DNA of 64,000 nt from Pirellulales bacterium (GTDB lineage: Bacteria; Planctomycetota; Planctomycetia; Pirellulales; JAICIG01), in contig JBBDYJ010000010.1 in the NCBI GenBank assembly GCA_040901675.1, positions 44,211 to 108,210 of the forward strand, read 5' to 3'. Made by a program: the position numbers and the translations under genes. Below the pieces are notes generated by a model. It made no database searches, was not told where the DNA came from, and was given only the letters and a program-made list of their open reading frames with translations. Of this stretch, positions 26,971 through 36,073 are shown piece by piece. Every line of letters starts with the position of its first letter. Position 1 is the stretch's first letter.

Positions 26971-28740
26971 TCACTCAGGCCACTGGCGGACAATCCCCTC
27001 GCCTTCCATGACCTGCACGATCCGATCGGCCTCGACGTCGTGTAGGACCTCCTCGCGGCCTGATAGCCAATGGATGGTGATCGAATCGAGGCGGTCGGCT
27101 TTTCCCAGGCCCCAGTGGATGCGGGGATCGCTCGAGGAAAGATAGCTGGAAGCGGGTGAAACCTGGCCGATCCAGACCTCGTCGCCCCGCCGGCCCGTCA
27201 GGCGGGCGCCGTAGGCAAAGCGGTTGGAACCGGGACTGCGCAGATCGAGCTTGATCCAGTGGTTCGCGGTCTTCGACTCGTTCAACAGCAGCACGACCGG
27301 GCCCTCGTAGTCGACCACCAGCAAATCGATCCGGCCATCGTTGTCGATATCGCCGGCGGCCGAACCGCGGCCCAGAAGCGGCGTGGCCAAGTCGCCTCCC
27401 AGGATGGGAACCAGGTCGACGAACCTCTCGCCGGCCTGGTTGTGGAAAAGCATCATCGGCTGCCGGAATAATGTTGACGGGTTGATATCGGTTGTGTTGT
27501 CGTAGACGTGGCCGTTGGCATAAGCCACGTCGGGCCAGGAGTCGTTGTCCATGTCGAGCCACTTGGCTCCGAAGCCGAGCGGCTTGAACGTGGCGGCGGC
27601 GAGGCCCGTGCGGTTGCTGGCGGAATCGAAGATGAAGTTGTCGAAGTTGCGAAACACCGCGTACGGTTCGTCGGAGAACCCGGTCACGGTCAGGTCCTCC
27701 AGCCCGTCGCGGTCGAAGTCGGCCCAATCCGCGGCCATGGCCGCCATGGCCGCGAAGTTGTGGACGGCGAGGCCGCTTTGAAAGCCGAGGTTTTCGAACC
27801 TCAGTCCTCCCAGGTTGTGCATCAACTCGGCATCCGTGCCGTCGTTGCCGACGTAGAAATCCATTCGCCCATCGCGGTCCAGATCGGCGAAGGCCAGCAC
27901 CAGGGCCTTACCGTTGGTGTCGGGCAGGCCGGCTTCGTCGACGAGACCGAACCCCCCGCTGCCGTCATTCCGCCACATCTCGCCGAATTCGGGCTTGTAC
28001 CTGCTGGGTGGGCACCCCGACAGCACACCCGGGGTCAGCTCGCAGTACTGCTGCTCACCGGGACCAAAAACAACGTAGTTCAAGATGACGAGGTCCAGAT
28101 GGCCGTCGCCATCGAGGTCCATGAACCCGGCACTCGATCCCCAATGGCCCCGGTTCGCCGGATCGAGGCCGGCTTGTGTCGTTGCCTCGCGGAATACCGA
28201 GCCGCCGATATTCTGGAACAAGACCAGGCGGTGCAGACCGGTCACAAGGATATCGAGGAAACCGTCGCCGTCGTAATCGCCGATGGCGCAGCCGGTCCAG
28301 TCCCCCTCGACGGTGTCGATTCCCGCCTCGCTGGTGACGTCGACAAAATGCCCCTGCCCCAGGTTGCGATAAAGCCGCGGGTAGGGATCGGCCACCAGCA
28401 GCACGTCCTGCCAGCCGTCGTTGTCGTAGTCGAACAGCGCGCAGCCGCAGCCAAAGGCTTCCGGAGAGCGCATGGGCCGGGGCTGCTGGGGCCATTCGAA
28501 CTTCAGACCCCGCTGGTGGGCGGCGCTCGAAAAGCGAATGCCCGTGTCGGCCGGCGCTACCGCCGCATCGGGCTCGTCTCCGATGGAGCCCGTGGCAGTC
28601 GCCGTGCGAGCATCGGCGGCGTCTCGGCCACAGCCCGAGCAGGCAAAGGCAGCCAGCGCCACGGCCGCCAGAGCCAGGTATACCGTGCCGCGGCCGCGGC
28701 AGCGATAGGGCCGTTTGGGATGAACCAACGGAGAGTGCAT
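26971..28740 (-). CDS. CRTAC1 family protein (FG-GAP/VCBS repeats + ASPIC/UnbV)
   Basis: Repeated DYDNDGWQD/DLDGDG/DFDRDG motifs; GRGSAAGDIDNDG; SYLSSSDPRIHWGLG; lipobox-like CSGC. Confidence 0.9.
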   Translation of the reverse strand: MHSPLVHPKRPYRCRGRGTVYLALAAVALAAFACSGCGRDAADARTATATGSIGDEPDAAVAPADTGIRFSSAAHQRGLKFEWPQQPRPMRSPEAFGCGCALFDYDNDGWQDVLLVADPYPRLYRNLGQGHFVDVTSEAGIDTVEGDWTGCAIGDYDGDGFLDILVTGLHRLVLFQNIGGSVFREATTQAGLDPANRGHWGSSAGFMDLDGDGHLDLVILNYVVFGPGEQQYCELTPGVLSGCPPSRYKPEFGEMWRNDGSGGFGLVDEAGLPDTNGKALVLAFADLDRDGRMDFYVGNDGTDAELMHNLGGLRFENLGFQSGLAVHNFAAMAAMAADWADFDRDGLEDLTVTGFSDEPYAVFRNFDNFIFDSASNRTGLAAATFKPLGFGAKWLDMDNDSWPDVAYANGHVYDNTTDINPSTLFRQPMMLFHNQAGERFVDLVPILGGDLATPLLGRGSAAGDIDNDGRIDLLVVDYEGPVVLLLNESKTANHWIKLDLRSPGSNRFAYGARLTGRRGDEVWIGQVSPASSYLSSSDPRIHWGLGKADRLDSITIHWLSGREEVLHDVEADRIVQVMEGEGIVRQWPE

Positions 28741-28838
28741 GTGGATTCGCGCGCGGGCGTAGCAAAGGTTTCGGCGTCAGCCTTCAGTTTGCCTGGTTGC
28801 GCCGTAGCTTGCAAGGACAAGCCGGGGCGGACCGGCGC

Positions 28839-30743
28839 TTACAACTCGGCTTCGATCCTGCGCCACGGAATGAGCAGTCCTACCAGTTCGCGGCTGTCCC
28901 CCTCGCCGCGCGGGACCAGCACGTGGTCCTCGTCGAGGAAACGGGCGCGTGCGTCCTGATGGTCCATGTTCTTGATCCGCCAGACCACCTGCCGCCGTGG
29001 GCGGTGGAAGAGCGAACGCCCGTTGAGCAGCCAGCCACGGCCGCCAGGCTCCCATTCGATCGCCGGCCCTCGGTAAAACGGGAACCAGCCGTCGGTGCCG
29101 TCGATGCTGAGGTCGTGCTCGAAAACCAGCTCGGCCCGGCCGTTGAAGCACACAATGCGCTTGCCCCGATCGGTGAGCATCGCCAATTCCTGGCCATCGG
29201 GTGAAAACGCCAGACCGTCAATATCGACGCGGCCCGGCCGCATGGCGGCAGGCGTCATGCTGGCGGCCACTTTGCCCTTTTGCACGTCGTACACGATGGC
29301 CCCGAAGCGCGTGGCGGCCGCCAGGTATTTTCCGTCCCTGCTGAGCGATGCCTTTTTGGAGTCGAACTCCTCGGTACGAAACTCGTTGATCAGCTTGCCG
29401 CTGGAGATGTCCCACAGTTGCACCCGCTGATCTCCCAAGGTTCTGGCCGAACTGACCAGCCAGCCGTCGCCGGCAAACTCCAGAAACTGCAACTCGAGGT
29501 GCGCCCGCCGGAATGGCAGCAGGTGGACCCGCTCGCCCGTTTCGCACGAACCGACCTCGATCCAAGGGATTTCACCCTTATTCCCGACGGCATAATGCTT
29601 GCCGTCGGGCGCTATGGCGCGCATCGCGTCGGACGGCGAATTGCCGGCAAGCTTCCCCAAGGCGTCGACCGTCTCGAGGTTCCACACCTGGTTGCCCACC
29701 GCGACAAACGGGGCCACGCCCCCGGCAAAGACAACGGGAGTGTCGCGCTGGGGCAGTGGAATCCTGACCCTCGCGTCATCATCCATGCCGGCCTCGCCGC
29801 CCAGCGAAATGCCGTCGGAACCATCGCCGGCAGATTCCGGCAAGCCGGCGCCGGATCTCGTGATGGAAACCTGGCTCCGGCCAGACGGAGCGGCCGGGCC
29901 AAGCGACGAATCGACCGAGACGCCCGGCGGGCCGCTCGATCCGCTCGGCGAGCGGTCGGTGACGATCGGCTTGACGAGTTGCCGGCTGTCGAGCCTGGTC
30001 GACTGTTGCGGTTCACGATCGGGGGCAGGCCCGGAGCCGCCGAGGGTCGCCGCCGCGGAGGCCAGTGGGCCGACGGTGCGGCCCTCGTCCAGATCTGGCC
30101 GGTCGCTGTCCGCCCCGCCCCGCCCACGGACGGCGAGCATGACCGTGACCAGGATCAAGCCGGCCGCCGCCATGCTGATCGGAACCAACCAATGATAGGC
30201 CGGCGTCTTCCCGCGAGATATCGACCGCAAGCGGGCCGGCAGGCGCCCGCGGCCATCCTGACCGAGCCGCACCGCTTCGTGTGCCGCGGGTTGAGGAAAG
30301 ACGTCGAACAACTGCTCGCCCGGAGCAAGGGAGGAGCCGCGGCTGGCTCCGGGCAGCCGCTGGCTGGGCGGCACGCTCGCCGCCGGGGAGGCAGGAAGGC
30401 CGGGCAAGGGGCCGGGACGGTAAGGCTGCGTGGGTAGGGGCAACCGGCTGGCGGTTGCGGGTGACCCGGCGGCCGGAGTTCTCCTAAGGGCGGCGTCGTA
30501 TTCCGCCCGGCGTGCCGGGTTGATCAGGCAGAGTTGGGCGGCGGCGATCTCGTTTAGAATCCGGGCGGCCTCCTCCGCGTATTGACCGCTCTGGAAATTA
30601 CGGACATAGGCGCTCTGCCGGACGACGGCGGCATTGATGACTTCGCGGTCGTTCTCGTCGGGCGAAATGCCCAACAACTGATAGTGCGTCGGAGGCCGGC
30701 TGTCTTGCGGGATTCCCAGCCACTTCCGATACGGATCAAACAT
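28839..30743 (-). CDS. J-domain-like N-terminus (no HPD) + Pro-rich linker + TM + WD40-like beta-propeller
   Basis: MFDPYRKWLGIP..PPTHYQLLGI..LNEIAAAQLCLINPARRAEYD; VQLWDISSGK, LAFSPDGQELA. Confidence 0.8.
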   Translation of the reverse strand: MFDPYRKWLGIPQDSRPPTHYQLLGISPDENDREVINAAVVRQSAYVRNFQSGQYAEEAARILNEIAAAQLCLINPARRAEYDAALRRTPAAGSPATASRLPLPTQPYRPGPLPGLPASPAASVPPSQRLPGASRGSSLAPGEQLFDVFPQPAAHEAVRLGQDGRGRLPARLRSISRGKTPAYHWLVPISMAAAGLILVTVMLAVRGRGGADSDRPDLDEGRTVGPLASAAATLGGSGPAPDREPQQSTRLDSRQLVKPIVTDRSPSGSSGPPGVSVDSSLGPAAPSGRSQVSITRSGAGLPESAGDGSDGISLGGEAGMDDDARVRIPLPQRDTPVVFAGGVAPFVAVGNQVWNLETVDALGKLAGNSPSDAMRAIAPDGKHYAVGNKGEIPWIEVGSCETGERVHLLPFRRAHLELQFLEFAGDGWLVSSARTLGDQRVQLWDISSGKLINEFRTEEFDSKKASLSRDGKYLAAATRFGAIVYDVQKGKVAASMTPAAMRPGRVDIDGLAFSPDGQELAMLTDRGKRIVCFNGRAELVFEHDLSIDGTDGWFPFYRGPAIEWEPGGRGWLLNGRSLFHRPRRQVVWRIKNMDHQDARARFLDEDHVLVPRGEGDSRELVGLLIPWRRIEAEL

Positions 30744-31131
30744 CGCCAGAACCCTTGCCCAAACTGTCGAGGCCCACCGTGGTGCCAGCGCTTGCCGGGC
30801 CGCCGCGGGAGCGGAGGAACCCATGCACCGGCTATTGGGCACCGGCTATTGAGCGCGCGGGGGCGTTGGCCGAAAAACGTCTTGGAAACAGTGTAAATGT
30901 TCCAGTGAATCTCGGCTAGCGAAAACCCGGTTTCGGGGGCTTCTCCGGGCAGCCGGGGCCAGTCTGCCCGGCGGCCCGCGGACGAAGCCGGCTGTTTACC
31001 TCGACTTCGCGTTGGCTTAGTATGGTTCCTGGCCTGATTGGTGCCGCCCCACAGCCCCCGCGCCGCGGGAATAAAGCGATTGTCGTCGGGCAGGCAGAGC
31101 ATCCGATTCGCCACGGCGCGAGCACTCGACC

Positions 31132-33102
31132 ATGAGCGCCAAGCTCAACCAGTTGCTTGAAAAACACGGCGTCGGCTTTGTCGAGCAGGTGATTCGAGAG
31201 CTGGAAGGCAAGCCTTGCCAGCAGATCCGTGACGATGCCCAATACGAGACGAACCTGGTAGCCGGGGCTTGGCGCCGCGCGCCCTTGCAGATCCGTCTGT
31301 TGGAACCGGACCTGCTGGGCTGGAAGGAGTTCTGCTTCTCGTTTCGCGACGACGTGTTCGACACGGCGGGCACCAGCGTCGCCCTGCGCAGCGGCTGGGA
31401 GCCGGCCCTGGCCATGGCAACGCGAAGCCTGGCGGTGGAGGTGGACGGCACGGCGCTGCCCTCTTCAGCCGACGCCGACGGGGCCGATGCCACGACCTCG
31501 CCCTCGTCCCCCGCCCGGAGCGTGCCGCCCTCACCCCCCGCCCAGGTGCGAGGCACGACGCCGGCGGTCGGCATCGACTTGGGCACGACCTACTCGGTCG
31601 TGGCCCACCTGGACCACCAAGGACGCCCGGCAAGCATTCCCAACTCCAACGGCGACATCCTGACGCCCAGCGTGGTGCTCTTCGATCGGGACGGCACGGT
31701 GGTTGGAAAGGAGGCGGTGCTGGCGGCGCCGCTCGAGCCCCACAAAGTCGCCGACTGTGTCAAACGCGACATGGGGGCCAAGCAGTACCGCAAAGCGATC
31801 AACGGCGAGTTCCTGCCGCCGGAAGTGATCTCGTCCTACATTTTGCGGCGATTGAAGGCCGACGCCGAAAAAAAGCTGGGCCCGCTCACCAAGGCCGTGA
31901 TCACCGTGCCGGCTTACTTCGACGAGACCCGCCGCCGGGCCACCATGGACGCCGGGCGGCTGGCCGGGCTGGAAGTGCTCGACATTTTGAACGAGCCGAC
32001 CGCGGCGGCCATCGTCTACGGCTACCAGGAGGGCTTTCTCGACAGCGCGGGCCAGGTGCAGGGCGAAGGGCCGATGCGGGTGCTGGTCTACGATCTGGGC
32101 GGGGGGACGTTCGACGTAACCGTGGTGGAGATGAGCGGGCAATCGTTCAAGGCCATTGCCACCGACGGCGACGTGCGGCTGGGCGGCAAGGACTGGGATG
32201 AGAAACTGGTCGATGTGGCCGCCGAGCGGTTCAAGCAGCAGCACCAAGTCGACCCCCGCACGGACCCCGAAAGCGCCCAGGATTTATGGAGCGCTGCCGA
32301 GCTGGCGAAGAAGACCCTCTCCGAGCGGGCCAAGGCCACGATGGTGGTGAATCACCAGGGCACGCGGCTCAAAGTGGAGGTGACCCGCGACCAGTTCGAA
32401 GAGCTGACGGCCGCCTTGCTGATGAGGACCAGGACCACCACGGAAATCGTGGTGATGCAGGCCGGCTTCTCCTGGGACCAGATCGACAAGGTGCTGCTGG
32501 TGGGCGGCTCGACGCGGATGCCGATGGTGATCCGCATGCTGACCGAGCTGTCGGGCAAGCGGTTGGACCGATCGGTTTCGGCCGATGAGGCGGTCGCGCA
32601 CGGGGCGGCTCTGTACGCCGACCTGATGCTGCAACGGCAAGGCAGCGGCGGCGGTCACACGCAGTTCTCGGTCACCAACGTCAACTCGCACAGCCTGGGG
32701 GTGGTGGGCGTCGACCCCGTGACGGGCCGCCGTGTGAACCGGATCATCATTGCCAAGAACACGCCGCTGCCGCACTCCGCCGCCGGCCGGTTCAAGACCT
32801 TCCGGGCCAATCAGCCTAACGTGCGGATCTGCGTGCTGGAGGGAGAGAGCGAGGTCCCGGAGGCGTGCACCGAGGTGGGCGTTTGTGTGATCCGCGACCT
32901 GCCTCCCAACCTGCCGGCGGGATGGCCGGTGGAGGTGCGCTACACGTATCGCGACAATGGCCGACTCCAGGTGGCCGCCAAGCTGGTCGGGCACGAAGCC
33001 ACCGTCAGTACGGAGTTCGTGCGGGACAACAAGCTTTCGGACGACGACCTGATGTTGTGGGCGGAGTGTCTGGCCGTCGAGGCCCAGCGCGGCGACTGGT
33101 AG
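31132..33102 (+). CDS. Hsp70 family protein (atypical: ~140-aa N-terminal extension, no C-terminal lid)
   Basis: GIDLGTTYS, AVITVPAYF, NEPTAAA, YDLGGGTFDV, LVGGSTRMP, DEAVAHGAA. Confidence 0.92.
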   Translation: MSAKLNQLLEKHGVGFVEQVIRELEGKPCQQIRDDAQYETNLVAGAWRRAPLQIRLLEPDLLGWKEFCFSFRDDVFDTAGTSVALRSGWEPALAMATRSLAVEVDGTALPSSADADGADATTSPSSPARSVPPSPPAQVRGTTPAVGIDLGTTYSVVAHLDHQGRPASIPNSNGDILTPSVVLFDRDGTVVGKEAVLAAPLEPHKVADCVKRDMGAKQYRKAINGEFLPPEVISSYILRRLKADAEKKLGPLTKAVITVPAYFDETRRRATMDAGRLAGLEVLDILNEPTAAAIVYGYQEGFLDSAGQVQGEGPMRVLVYDLGGGTFDVTVVEMSGQSFKAIATDGDVRLGGKDWDEKLVDVAAERFKQQHQVDPRTDPESAQDLWSAAELAKKTLSERAKATMVVNHQGTRLKVEVTRDQFEELTAALLMRTRTTTEIVVMQAGFSWDQIDKVLLVGGSTRMPMVIRMLTELSGKRLDRSVSADEAVAHGAALYADLMLQRQGSGGGHTQFSVTNVNSHSLGVVGVDPVTGRRVNRIIIAKNTPLPHSAAGRFKTFRANQPNVRICVLEGESEVPEACTEVGVCVIRDLPPNLPAGWPVEVRYTYRDNGRLQVAAKLVGHEATVSTEFVRDNKLSDDDLMLWAECLAVEAQRGDW

Positions 33103-33116
33103 CCGGCGAAAAGACC

Positions 33117-33872
33117 ATGGCCAAGAAGCAGGGCGATCTGCGGGTGCTCAAGGGGGAGGCCATCTATGGGCCGATGTCCAAGAGCGATCTCGATCAACTG
33201 CTGGCCGAGGGCCGGATCGGCCGCGACGACCAGGTCTCGGTGCGGGAAGGGCCCTGGCTGTTGGTTTCCGATTACCTGGCCAACCCGTCCGCCTGGGAGG
33301 ACACGCCGCTGCCGGCGTCGTCACCCGCGGCGGGCCGGGAAGGCGGCGGCCGGGAAGGGCCCTTGCGGGTTCTGAAGGGCGACCGCATCTTTGGTTCGCT
33401 CGATCGCCAGCAGATCGCCGAGCTGATCGATGCCGGCCGCTTCACGGGCGACGACCTGGTGTGCGCCTTGCACGGACCGTGGATGAAACTGGCCGACTTT
33501 TTCGCGCCGCCGCCGCGGGTCGCCCCGCCGGTGGCTCTGGACGACGACGTCAGCCCTTATGACCCGTTCACGCCCACCATTTTCGAAGTCGCCGAGCTGG
33601 TCGATCCGGGCATCGCCGTGTTCGCCTCCGAATCGGGTCTGCGCCCCCGAAGCGTAGTACACACTCCGCAACTGTCGGACGAGTGGTACGTGAAAGTCCG
33701 CGGCATCCATTCGGCCCCCCTGCAAAAGCACCACCTGCGGTCGCTGCTGGCGGCCAACGAGATTACGCCGGATTGCCCGGTCAGGCATCCGAGCTGGCGC
33801 AGCGAAAACTGGTGGCCGATCCGTTCGGTCCCCGAGCTGGCCGACCTGGTCGGCCGTTCACCTGGGCTGTAG
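33117..33872 (+). CDS. Protein with three GYF_2 (DUF4339)-like repeats
   Basis: IYGPMSKSDLDQLLAEGRI..W; IFGSLDRQQIAELIDAGRF..W; HSAPLQKHHLRSLLAANEI..WWPIRSVPEL. Confidence 0.7.
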   Translation: MAKKQGDLRVLKGEAIYGPMSKSDLDQLLAEGRIGRDDQVSVREGPWLLVSDYLANPSAWEDTPLPASSPAAGREGGGREGPLRVLKGDRIFGSLDRQQIAELIDAGRFTGDDLVCALHGPWMKLADFFAPPPRVAPPVALDDDVSPYDPFTPTIFEVAELVDPGIAVFASESGLRPRSVVHTPQLSDEWYVKVRGIHSAPLQKHHLRSLLAANEITPDCPVRHPSWRSENWWPIRSVPELADLVGRSPGL

Positions 33873-34020
33873 GGCAGCTTCGCCGCGCGTGCCGCCTTGG
33901 GGAACCATTCGGCTTTTCGAGGGCATTCAAGCGAGAGGATGGCTTGCGGCAGCCGATAAATATCACTATAACAATCAACTTCGTAATCATGCTCTGAGCC
34001 GGACGACGGGATCGACTGCC

Positions 34021-35880
34021 ATGGAAGCCATGTGGCCAGCTTGGTTTACCTTGGGCGTGGTAGCGCTGGTTCTCGCCTTGCTGATTCGCTCGCGGATTGC
34101 CCCGGACGTCGTGTTGATCGGGGGCGTGGCGCTGTTGCTTGTGGCAGGGATCCTGGAACCCCGCGAGGCGCTCTCCGGACTCGCCAACGAGGCGATGGCC
34201 ACCGTGGGCGTGCTGTTTATCGTCGGCGCCGGGGTGCGGCAGACCGGGGGCGTCGATCTGGTCGTCCATCGTTTGCTCGGCCGCCCGGCGTCGGCCACCG
34301 GCGCTATTTCCCGGCTGATGTTGCCCACCGCCGGCATGAGCGCATTCATGAACAACACGCCGCTGGTGGCCATGCTCATCCCGGCGGTCAACGATTGGGC
34401 CAAGCTGTGCCGCGTTCCGGTCTCGAAGCTCATGATCCCGCTCAGCTATGCCGCGATCCTGGGAGGGACCTGCACGCTGGTGGGCACCAGCACGAACCTG
34501 GTCGTGCACGGACAGGTCAAGGCGGCAGCCAAGGCCGGCCTGGAATCCGGCATTGCCGCCGGGCTCACGCCCGAGGAGGCGCTTGCCCAGTTCGAACGCG
34601 ATACGGGGTTGCCGGCCGAGGGCCTGTGGATGTTCGACATCACCTGGGTAGGGCTTCCCAGCGCGCTGGCCGGATGCGCGTTCATCGTGCTGGCGGCGAA
34701 CTGGCTGTTGCCGAATCGCCAGCCGGCGATGGGCAGCCTGAGCGATCCTCGCTCGTATACCGTCGAGATGCTGGTGGCGCCGGACAGTCCGCTGGCGGGC
34801 AAGACGATTGAAGAGGCGGGCTTGAGGCACCTGCCCGGCGTCTTCCTGGCCGAAATCGACCGGGAGGGGATCGTGCTGCCGGCCGTGTCGCCGGGCGAGC
34901 GGCTGCGCGCCAACGACCGCCTGGTGTTCGTGGGCGTGGTGGAGTCGGTGGTCGACCTGCAGAAGATCCGGGGCCTGCTGCCCGCCACCGACCAGGTGTT
35001 CAAGCTCACCGCCCCCCGCGCCACGCGATGCCTGATCGAGGCGGTGGTGTCGAATAGTTGCCCCCTGGTGGGAAAAACGATTCGCGACGGCCGCTTCCGC
35101 TCCGTATACAACGCCGTGATCATTGCCGTGGCCCGCAACGGCGAGCGGATCCAAAAAAAAATCGGCGACATCGTGCTGCGGGCCGGCGATACGCTGCTGT
35201 TGGAAGCGCATCCTTCCTTCGCCGACCACCAGCGCAACAGCCGCGACTTCTTTCTGGTCAGCCGCCTGGAGGATTCCAATCCACCCCGACACGATCGGGC
35301 CATCCTGGCCATGCTCATCCTGGCGGCCATGGTGGCCGTGGTGAGCCTGACCGACATCGGCATGCTCACGGCCGCGATGGTGGCGGCCGGCCTGATGATC
35401 ATGACCCGCTGCTCGAGCGTGAGCGTCGCCCGCCGCAGCGTCGATTGGGAAGTGCTGCTGGCGATTGCCGCCTCGGTGGCCATCGGGACCGCGCTCGAAA
35501 AAACCGGCGCCGCCGAGCAGATCGCCCGCACGATCATCGGCCTGGCGGTCGGCAGCCCCTGGGCCTCGCTGGCCGCCATCTACCTGGTGACGCTGGTTGC
35601 CACGGAGTTGATCACCAATACGGCCGCCGCCGCGCTGATGTTTCCGATGGCGGTCGCGGCCGCCCAGCGGCTCGACGTCAACGTGATGCCCTTCGTGATC
35701 GCCGTGATGATGGCTGCCTCGGCCGGTTTCGCCACGCCGATCGGCTACCAGACCAACCTGATGGTCTACGGCCCCGGCGGCTACCGCTTCGGCGATTACA
35801 TCCGAATCGGAATCCCGCTGGATCTGCTCGTCGCAGCCATTACTCTGGTGCTCGCACCGTTGATTTGGCCTTTTCGCTAG
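34021..35880 (+). CDS. SLC13 family permease with two TrkA-C domains
   Basis: SAFMNNTPLVA, PLSYAAILGGTCTLVGTSTNL, TPIGYQTNLMVYGPGGYRFGDY. Confidence 0.93.
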   Translation: MEAMWPAWFTLGVVALVLALLIRSRIAPDVVLIGGVALLLVAGILEPREALSGLANEAMATVGVLFIVGAGVRQTGGVDLVVHRLLGRPASATGAISRLMLPTAGMSAFMNNTPLVAMLIPAVNDWAKLCRVPVSKLMIPLSYAAILGGTCTLVGTSTNLVVHGQVKAAAKAGLESGIAAGLTPEEALAQFERDTGLPAEGLWMFDITWVGLPSALAGCAFIVLAANWLLPNRQPAMGSLSDPRSYTVEMLVAPDSPLAGKTIEEAGLRHLPGVFLAEIDREGIVLPAVSPGERLRANDRLVFVGVVESVVDLQKIRGLLPATDQVFKLTAPRATRCLIEAVVSNSCPLVGKTIRDGRFRSVYNAVIIAVARNGERIQKKIGDIVLRAGDTLLLEAHPSFADHQRNSRDFFLVSRLEDSNPPRHDRAILAMLILAAMVAVVSLTDIGMLTAAMVAAGLMIMTRCSSVSVARRSVDWEVLLAIAASVAIGTALEKTGAAEQIARTIIGLAVGSPWASLAAIYLVTLVATELITNTAAAALMFPMAVAAAQRLDVNVMPFVIAVMMAASAGFATPIGYQTNLMVYGPGGYRFGDYIRIGIPLDLLVAAITLVLAPLIWPFR

Positions 35881-35950
35881 CGGTGCCGCGCAACCGGCGC
35901 CGATACGCGGCCCTGACTTGACTGGCCGCAGGCCCTGTGTTCAGATTCTT

Positions 35951-35990
35951 CGCAACCCCCGTGTCACTGTTTGCAACCCCTGTGCCACTG
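35951..35990 (-). promoter_or_regulatory. Tandem 21-bp repeat containing a perfect sigma-54 -24/-12 match on the minus strand
   Basis: TGGCAC-AGGGG-TTGCA (35987->35972) and degenerate TGACAC-GGGGG-TTGCG (35966->35951). Confidence 0.45.
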
Positions 35991-36073
35991 CTTGAAGTCC
36001 GCTCTTGGTCGCGCCAAAGGCGGACGGAGCAGTGCCGTAGGGGCACCACGTTCCTCCCGGAAACGCCTTGCTG

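Noticed and set aside
31132..33102. Calling this gene dnaK
   Set aside because: N-terminal extension, missing lid and no grpE/dnaJ context; a paralogue, not canonical DnaK
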